The notes beneath the pieces are model-generated. The model was not told where the DNA came from, searched no databases, and saw only the letters and a list, made by a program, of their open reading frames with translations. A stretch of DNA of 20,000 bases from Licmophora abbreviata (lineage: Eukaryota): positions 45,296 to 65,295 of the forward strand of contig OLMU01003345.1 in assembly GCA_900291995.1 (NCBI GenBank), written 5' to 3'. Within the stretch, counting starts at the first letter, position 1. Each line of letters opens with the position of its first letter. Positions 12,310-20,000 of this stretch are shown here, piece after piece. The translations under genes and the position numbers were made by a program.

Positions 12310-13035
12310 GAGACGCAGATTTCCTTGCAAGCTAGCTATGATACCATTTAAAATACACGCAAGGATCTTTCTGTGATTTCTTGAAAGCCTTCATACTATC
12401 TCGAGTAGCAATTCATAGTCAGGTACGATGTTCCGAGTGAAACTTTTGTCGACCGATGGTCATAGGCCCAAACTCGGAAAGTGCTACAGTGCAGGCTTCC
12501 GTCTCCTGGAAAGTGCTGTCTTCCGGCTTGTTCCTCTACCAGTACGACGCAACAGCGACCTGATCAGTGCGTTTTAATCGTCATCTAGATCTGGTCGCGA
12601 TTTGAAAGCCCTCCACCCCAAGACAGCAGTGACCAAAGTTGACGGCCCATAAAGGAAGCTCATGGGGCGCAGCCTGCCGAAAAATCTCTTCCCGAACAAA
12701 CTCCCATAGCGTTTCAACATGGACAAATAGTCGGAATAGAAGCTCAAGTGATGATTGTAGAATGCCAGAATCCAAAAGATCAACGTTATGAGGCAGCTTC
12801 CCATGAATCCATTCATTCGTTTGGCGCTCAGTGTCTCGCCTTCCTTTGGGACGACAACTTCGCACGCCACCGCTCCCAGCCAGTGCATGAGACCCTGTAA
12901 GAATCCGATCTGTATCGTCAAGTACTCGAACTCGAAATGATGATGCAACAACCCGAGTGGACACGAGTAGCCCACTACAGCCTTTGCAGTTTCCCCGTGA
13001 CTGAGTAGAACGGTTCCCGTCATGGTGGACACAAA
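11848..13035. repeat. Inverted repeat with a perfect 150-bp arm (11848-11997 vs 13035-12886)
   Basis: Base-by-base comparison shows identity over 150 nt. Further perfect tracts are 56 nt (11764-11819 vs 13119-13064) and 37 nt (12046-12082 vs 12837-12801). Confidence 0.92.
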
Positions 13036-13527
13036 GATGGAAGTAACTTCGCATGCAAAGGAAGACAGCAGTAAGAACCGAGTCAAAAGTTTGACGATCC
13101 GGATCCAGTTCTTGTCATGACGCCGAGGTGCCATTTCGCTGCGTGTTTCGCTGAGTGTCACCAAGACCGCCCCCGCTACCAGCGCGGCCGGGGCTCCGAG
13201 ACAGTTTGTCCATTCCCAAGCCGAAAATGCCGTCGAGGTACTGTCAAAGAGCAGACTTTGGAGCTCCACGCCCTTCATGACGCTAGTTTGAAGACTTGTG
13301 GTCGAGGGGCGAATTTGACAAGTCGCAGGCGTATTTTGGCGGATGATCGCCAATCGAGGGGCTCGTATGGATGTCGTAGCGCATGGCGGTCGATACTCAG
13401 TCAAGGAAGGGGTTAGCGAGCGGGGAGCAAAGGCTTGACTGAACCGAAAGACAGATGCAGTCAGAAGAAACAACGGAAAAAGTTTCCGAAGTGTCTTGAA
13501 CGGTATCACGGGGAGGATTGAAAGCAT
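12574..13527 (-). CDS. Plastid-targeted multi-TM protein of unknown function, copy 2 (inverted, tail-to-tail)
   Basis: Probable start MLSILPV at 13527 (an in-frame ATG also exists at 13581). SQA|FAP motif; the mature part aligns without gaps to copy 1 from MKG onward. Confidence 0.88.
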   Translation of the reverse strand: MLSILPVIPFKTLRKLFPLFLLTASVFRFSQAFAPRSLTPSLTEYRPPCATTSIRAPRLAIIRQNTPATCQIRPSTTSLQTSVMKGVELQSLLFDSTSTAFSAWEWTNCLGAPAALVAGAVLVTLSETRSEMAPRRHDKNWIRIVKLLTRFLLLSSFACEVTSIFVSTMTGTVLLSHGETAKAVVGYSCPLGLLHHHFEFEYLTIQIGFLQGLMHWLGAVACEVVVPKEGETLSAKRMNGFMGSCLITLIFWILAFYNHHLSFYSDYLSMLKRYGSLFGKRFFGRLRPMSFLYGPSTLVTAVLGWRAFKSRPDLDDD

Positions 13528-13861
13528 AATGTCGATGAGTGTGGTCGACGGAATGTGATGGATGTATGATATGTCAAGCATCAGAGATCGAGGTGTCGAA
13601 ATTTGTTGCGCGCCGGAACAGGAAAGACCAAGCGCGGCGTGCCAGTGTCGAATGCGGTCCTCCCTTCGTCCGTACTTAACGAGCTCTCAGACGAGAAAAC
13701 GCCATAGCATAGCGTGAAACCGTGAAGCGCTCCTCAAACTCAAGATGCCCATGGCATAATGGCACACACACAAAAATCAGTGCGGCGGCACAGCGCATTG
13801 TCATTGACGACTCCTCTGTCTATTCAATACGCTTGCCTCTGAATTCTAATCGCGGCTCATC

Positions 13862-14212
13862 ATGAGTGCTATCTTTGACTTTTCAAGCCTAATTACGGTG
13901 CTGTTGCTCATGATTTGCACCTGCGCTTACTTGCGCGAGCTGAGACCGACCATGTTTGATGGTGGCAAGGTGCGAATGTCTGCCAGCGACACGTGCCTGG
14001 CGGTCTTTCCTGGAAAAGCAAGAGCCCCTCACACTCTTTCGCGTCACTTTGATTTTTTTATCTTCTAGGCATTGCAGCCGGGAGAACGGATGATACAGCG
14101 CGACGGTCTTTCGGGTTTTTGCTGGAAGCTGAGTCGAATAGGCGAACGACTGAGTCCCTACATTGGAGCCTCGTGTGCGATTATGGCGATTCATGTCTTG
14201 TTTTTCAAATGA
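13862..14212 (+). CDS. TMEM167: Protein Kish (TMEM167/KSH1), 83 aa
   Basis: Exons 13862-13969 and 14069-14212, with a 99-nt GTGCGA..TTCTAG intron. [25 protein letters not shown]...[25 protein letters not shown]. Confidence 0.95.
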
Positions 14213-14723
14213 AGGAAGACGAGAAAATTGGAATTCTTCTAGAATAGTGGGAGAAGTCCACATCTGGCCGAAATGGATAGATCATTCATGCTCTATGAGC
14301 CAAGCAACAGGATGCATGCATGATTGCGGGGGATGCTTGGCTCGCCAAATTGTACAGGCAGAGAGCGTACTTGGTATGCAAAATGATCCGAGGAGAATTA
14401 AGCACTGGAAAGATTGATGAAAAGGGAGGGATTGCTAATAGCATAAAAAATTGCATGCCCACGTACTAAGACGCTCCATCTCCCCACTGAGATGCTCGAC
14501 CCACACTCGACTGGCGTTTATGGCCACACCGGTAGCCCACGACCACGACACAAGCATGTGTCGCTCGTCGCCATACCTAAAAGCACCGCACTCCCTCTAG
14601 AGCAATGTCAAATGGCATCAAACTCTGGAACAAAGATAAAGCAATCGAGAAGATAACGCTCCGTCAGAATCTAGACACGACATATGGCCTTCACTGTCTC
14701 CCTCTCTCCTTTCGTTTTATTGA

Positions 14724-14899
14724 ATTGGCCTCATATATGGGTTGGTGATATTGGTCGGTCAGACCATGGTCCTCAGCGCTTGTAGTTGATTCGCAAAAGG
14801 TGGACCGTGCAGACTAGACCTCCTTTCGGAGTCTCCTGCCCGCCTCGCGGCGTTGGTCCGACCTGTCGGACGCTCTAAAATGTTTACTCCTTGGCCAAT
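14724..14899 (-). other. Candidate structured RNA element downstream of SmF (3' UTR element or ncRNA)
   Basis: 7-bp closing stem enclosing five hairpins, two with GNRA tetraloops on the minus strand. It is followed immediately by AATAAA (minus strand, 14721-14716). Folded by eye only. Confidence 0.35.
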
Positions 14900-14973
14900 C
14901 GAAAACAAAGATGAAGAAGACGGCATTTGCTTTAGCTTACCTTGAAAATCTTCGATTCATGCCATATCTCCGA

Positions 14974-15322
14974 CTAGGACTCTTGCATCGCTTCATCCCC
15001 TCCTTCGACTGCTGCTGCCTTGATGTAGAGAACGTTGTTGCATCGAATTAACACTTCTCCCAGAAAGCCCGCGAACTGCCCATCTATAAACTCTTCCGTC
15101 TTATTCAACAAGAGATTCATGTATGCATCGGAACTAGCCAATGTTCCCTGGTACTCCATACCCCACTTAAGCTTGACGCGGACCGTCTTTCCCGTCAAGT
15201 CTGCCAGGAAGGGCTTGGGATTGACAATCAAGGACTGCAGTGTATTGGCGACGAGGAGAAGTTCAGTATAATGAAGAGCGGCAGCATACAACACCTCCGA
15301 CATATATCGAACAACGTACCAT
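14974..15322 (-). CDS. SNRPF: Small nuclear ribonucleoprotein F (SmF)
   Basis: First coding exon is ATG only (15322-15320), then an 85-nt GTACGT..TGCAG intron and exon 15234-14974: [42 protein letters not shown]...[15 protein letters not shown]. Confidence 0.96.
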
Positions 15323-15720
15323 GGAAACGGACAGTTCAACGAATCAAGGGTATCCAGAGATAACAAGAGTCAGTCAACACCAAGCTGCAGGTATGTCCTT
15401 CGCAACACAACAGCTTTTTGTGTGGTGGCGTCGTCCCACACCCCGCATTGAACGGTGGACAGCAAATCATTGTATTTCGAAACATTGTGACTCCTGATTC
15501 CATTGAACGTTCCAACAATGAAAATGTCTCTTGTTCCCAGTGGATTTGTGGATTTATGTAATTATGGAGCAGCAATAAGTATATTTGGCCCAGAGGTCAT
15601 AGATTTGGTGATGAGGTGCACTTCATCACATAATTGCCAAGGATCTCTGGCAGCATCTCAAAAAGGACACGGTGCAGCGTCCTGTCTTGACCACATCATG
15701 TTCACAATAATTGAACAACC

Positions 15721-18700
15721 ATGACAAGAATACGAAGAGAGAGCTTAGTGTTCCTGCTGTGGTTTGCGCTGTGCGTGCTGGAATCGCTGTCGGAACAAGA
15801 ACGACTACGAGGCTCGAGGCGCCGGAGCACTTCACAAGATGAAGCGATTGCGCTGGAGTCTGTGACACACAGTGACACTACGACTGCGACCAACCAGAAG
15901 GATCTTCTGACGACCTTGAACGTGATAAATCGAAGGGAGAATCATGATTTGGAAATAGACGAGGAGGGGGTCGAGGCTCAAGGACCACACGAACGAGATC
16001 ACAATTTCTTTCAAAACAGATCACAGCTTAACCACGAGAGAAGTTTCGCGGCGGACGATGACCATGATTCAGATTACAGCAAAGAAACTAGAGCGACTCG
16101 AGGCGATGAGGCCTTTGTCTCTGCAGACTGTGGCTGGGGATACATAGAAAAGAATCGAGTTTTACAGATAGCTTCTGACCCAGTTGAAACGAGCGTCGAT
16201 GGCGAACGAGCATCCATTCGACAGAGTCATCACGAAGACCAAGAAAGAAAACAGAGGCACAATGTGGACACAAAACAAGCAGAAAGGAAGTGGCACGGCG
16301 TCGGTGACAGTTCTCCTCGCAACGCCTTTGATCGAGTAAAAGGCACAGCAAGAGATAGCAGGACGAGAGTCAAGGCAGGTAGTAGCGAGGGCATCGCACG
16401 ATACGGGGGCAGCGGAGGCAAGAAGGGAAGCAGCAGCAGCAAAGGGAAAGGCAAGAAGAGTAGCAAGGGCAAAGGCGGCAAGAAGAGCAGTAAGCAAACT
16501 CCTGCACCTGCTCCCATCACAACACCAGCGCCCGTTGTTTTTCTCAACAATCCTACCAGGAGCCCGACAAAGTTTCCAACGGTGGCTCCAACTTCCACGG
16601 CGCCTATTGGATCACCTGTGAATCCTCTCCCGCCAATTGCCTTCTCTCCCACCGTCGCTCCATCAATGGCTACAACCGGATGTGCCTACCGCCGGGCCGA
16701 GCAGCGCCCCAAGTTCAAGTCCCACCACCAGCATACACCCTAGTGCAAGTCCCAGCATCAAGCCAACGGTTTCACAAGAACCAAGTATTTCAATCATGCC
16801 AAGTGCTCAGCCCTCTTTGAGTTCCTCTCCAAGTGAATCTGTGGCCCCTTCTGAGTCCCCATCGATCAGCCGGTCGCCTAGTAATGTGCCTACCGCCCGG
16901 CCGAGCAGCACCCCGAGTTCAAGTCCCACCACCAGCATAAGCCCTAGTACCAGTCCCAGCGCGATACCGACCTTTTCACAAGAGCCGAGTATCTCGATAA
17001 TGCCGAGCGCTCAGCCCTCTTCGAGCTTCTCCCCAAGCGTGTCAGCGGTCCCTTCCGATTCCCCATCGATCAGCCAGTCGCCTAGTGATGTACCCACTGC
17101 CCAGCCGAGCAGCGCCCCAAGTGCAAGTCCCACCACCAGCATAAGCCCTAGTACCAGTCCCAGCGCGATACCGACCTTTTCACAAGAGCCGAGTATCTCG
17201 ATAATGCCGAGCGCTCAACCCTCTTCGAGCTTCTCTCCAAGTATGTCCGTTTCGCCTTCCGAGTCCCCGTCGATCAGCCAGTCACCTAGTGATGCGCCCA
17301 CCGCCGGACCAAGCAGCGCACCAAGCGCAAGTCCAACTAGCAGCGCATACCCTAGTACCAGCCCTAGCGTCACGCCAACGCTTTCACAAGAGCCGAGTAT
17401 CTCAACTCTGCCGAGCGCAAGGCCCTCTTCGAGCTCCTCGCCGAGTGCGTTGGTCTCGCCTTCTGAGTCCCCGTCGATCAGCCAGTTGCCTAGTGGCGCA
17501 CCCAGCGTGGGACCAACGGACAGTACACGACCGAGCATATCGCCGAGTGACAGCCCATCTGCTAGCTCTTCCCCAAGTTTCACACCAAGTGTCCCCCCAT
17601 CCGTGAGCTTGATTCCAAGTGACTTGCCATCTTTGTCCTTCAGCCCGAGCGACTCAAGATCCCCGAGTTCTTTCCCATCTGTTTGCTCGATGCCGTCTAG
17701 ATCGACAGGACCTTCGATGAGTCCCAGTCAGTCGACTAGGCCATCAAGCCATCCATCGGTTCCCCCCAGCAAGACGCCATCACTGGTACCATCCTCTGCA
17801 CCGAGCAACAGCAGTGAGCCCTCAATATTGGTTAAACCATCGCTTTCATCAGCACCTTCCATGGAACCTTCAATGATGCAGCAGCCCTCGGTCTGCTCGG
17901 TTCCGTCCTTGTCGGCGACTCCCAGCGTTAGCTCTGAGCCATCTATGACCACTGAGCTGTCAATTTCAGCGGCCCCGTCGTCTGAGCCTTCAACGACACC
18001 GATGCCCTCCCTTTCCTTCGCACCGTCCACTGTGCCCAGCGCTAGCAACAGGCCCTCGAGGTCAAGCAAACCATCTGGAAGCTCGAAGCCATCCATCAGT
18101 CCCAGCAGTAGCACCAAACCTTCCATGACACAAGAACCATCCATATCGTCAATCCCTTTGTCAGAGCCTTCCATGACTCAGCAGCCCTCGACATCCAGCA
18201 GCCCTTCAGTGTCCTCAATGCCAAGCCTGAGCACAGAGCCTTCTGTGACTCGAGAGCCATCGATGTCAGCAGTTCCCTCATCTGAGCCCTCAATGACGCA
18301 ACAACCTTCAGTTTCTTCTGCACCGTCATCTGTTCCTAGCAGCAGCGTCGCACCTTCAAGATCAAGCACTCCATCAGGTTCTTCGGTGCCGTCATCGATT
18401 CCGACTACAAGTAACGAGCCTTCAATGACGCAAGAGCCCTCGTTTTCCTCGTTGCCGTCAACGAGCAGCAGCACCGCACCCTCTCAATCGAGCAAGCCAT
18501 CAATGCCCTCAATGCCGTCATCGACTCCGACTACAAGTACCGAGCCTTCAATGACTCAGGAGCCCTCAATGTCAGCGGTGCCTTCATCTGAGCTTTCAAT
18601 GACGCAGCAACCCTCAGTTTCCTCTGCACCGTCATCCGTACCAAGCACAACCATTGCACCCTCAAAATCGAGCAAGCCATCAATGTCATCAATGTCATCA

Positions 18701-19663
18701 ATGTCATCAATGCCGTCATCGACTCCGACTACAAGTACCGAGCCTTCAATGACTCAGGAGCCCTCAATGTCAGCGGTGCCTTCATCTGAGCCGTCAATGA
18801 CGCAAGAGCCTTCACTTTCCTCGGCGCCCATCAAAAGAGAATCCATGACCGATCCAGTCCAATCCAGCGTGAGAGCCAACATATTCCGAGAAAGATATCA
18901 GGACAGAGCAGCAAATGATCAATCAGTAGTCCCGAAGCAAAAGAGTACCAGAGGACGCGATGGTGATTCACTCCGCAAGGCACCCCGGGCTCGAAGCTAT
19001 GAGATGAAAGAGGACGAGAGAAAGGCTCCAAGACGGAATCCGGTGAATGCTGCTGGGCCTCGTCTGTCTCCTGCTGCTACAGCGAGAAATGAGAACCGCG
19101 AAAAGGATTGGACCGGGATCAAAGGGCTGCGCAGCCGTTATCGTCCCCGAGGTCATGCTTTGGAAGGCGATCACACGAGTGATCACTGGGCGAGTTCCCC
19201 CCGGGTCCGCAATCCAGGGACATCAGACGTATCTACTGATCCAACAGAACCGAGAAAACAATCGAATCGAAAGTATGACAAGCGCAACATCTTTGGAGGA
19301 AACCATCGAGGAGACAGTCAACCTGCAGTCCCCGTGGCTATCTCAGAAGTCGCTGCTAAGCCTGACACCACTGCGACTTCGAACGATCTCAACATCTTTG
19401 CGCGGAAAAGATCGTCGCCGCGGACCTTTCCAGAAGCAGCAGGAGTCGACGCAGATCGCAAAGTCGAGACCACAGCGAAGCGACATAATATCTTTGGAAG
19501 CAACCACCGAGACCGTAGCGTGCCTCATTCCTTTCCGATGACGACCAGCGAAATAGCAGCAGATATCGCGATCGATCCTGCCGGCACATCGAAACACGGC
19601 AACATATTTGGGATCCATCACCAGATCTTTCCGGTAGAGCCCACAGGCTCATGGGAGGATTGA
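15721..19663 (+). CDS. Large secreted Ser/Pro-rich mucin-like protein (~1,313 aa if joined) with a K/G/S-rich patch; frameshifted near 16678 (assembly error or pseudogene)
   Basis: ORF 15721-16743 gives a signal peptide, RLRG, a charged pro-region, GKKGSSSSKGKGKKSSK and PT repeats. ORF 16637-19663 (no ATG start) carries xxxPS repeats. Coding character switches frame at aca acc g|gat gtg cct. Confidence 0.75.
16679..17494 (+). repeat. Four tandem 204-bp (68-aa) coding repeats
   Basis: Units start at 16679 (DVPTAG), 16883 (NVPTAR), 17087 (DVPTAQ) and 17291 (DAPTAG); each contains SQEPSIS..PSA.PS. Confidence 0.93.
18100..18830 (+). repeat. Second coding repeat family (EPSMTQ[EQ]PS units)
   Basis: Recurrent EPSMTQEPS/EPSMTQQPS. 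An exact 85-nt duplication lies at 18509-18593 and 18707-18791, and there is a (tcaatgtca)3 = SMS expansion. Confidence 0.88.
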
Positions 19664-20000
19664 AGTATCGAGAGACAAATCATTACCCAACCTCGCCATC
19701 CCCGAACTCATAAGAACGTCTCAGGTACTGGCACCCAAAAGAAGGATGAGGAAAACGCCAACCAGCGAAAGCGCCGCATCCAACATCAAATAGATGAATT
19801 CGGGTCTTACTACCAGCCTCGGAACTTATAATTCTATAATTTTGCATTTGTACATCTATCCTAGACAGTGTGATAGTGGGAAAACATGTGTCTTTCGGAT
19901 GGTGTGTGTAGTGCCACAGGATTTCGCTTGCTCGTCGTTGTTCACGTCGTGTCGTGATGGATTGTGAGAATAATCAGGGTTGCTGGGGACCTCCGCGTGA

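Noticed and set aside
14531..14600. Helitron 3' end (hairpin plus CTAG at 14597-14600)
   Set aside because: CTAG is not followed by the T target base, spacing is atypical and no other Helitron features are present.
14750..14880. HDV-like or hammerhead ribozyme (cctcgcgg, ggtccgacctg on plus; ctgagga on minus)
   Set aside because: No P1.1 GG or P2 partner in the required positions for HDV; no GAAA following a stem II for hammerhead.
16490..16559. GTAAGC...CCAG 70-nt intron that would shift into the mucin frame
   Set aside because: The spliced frame hits TGA at 16619-16621, and the removed and following sequence encodes convincing PT-repeat protein in frame 1.
17215..18719. Minus-strand Gly/Leu/Glu-rich ORFs
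   Set aside because: Antisense shadows of the Ser/Pro repeat frame.
16679..18830. CRISPR-like regular repeats
   Set aside because: Repeats are contiguous, codon-phased coding units without unique spacers, in a eukaryotic context with no cas genes.

Overview
Gene-dense eukaryotic DNA with short GT-AG introns, most likely a diatom. The evidence is ASAFAP-type bipartite plastid presequences, RLRG/RxL secreted-protein motifs, a Lys/Gly/Ser silaffin-like patch and PS/PT mucin repeats. About 13 genes are supported. Recognisable conserved genes: the 3' end of a TLDc-domain gene, a UBAC2-like rhomboid/UBA gene, proteasome beta-2 (PSMB7), an R3H-SUZ RNA-binding protein, Kish/TMEM167 and SmF. There are two convergent inverted-duplicate pairs: 4-exon secreted trypsins, each with three ShK-like Cys6 repeats, and plastid-targeted multi-TM proteins with perfect shared tracts and an Orai-like TM1 pattern. 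There are also two unknown small membrane proteins and a ~1,300-aa secreted Ser/Pro-rich repeat protein split by a frameshift. A compact GNRA-hairpin-rich element lies just downstream of SmF. No rRNA, tRNA, CRISPR or autonomous transposon was seen. All family assignments are by eye, without database searches.
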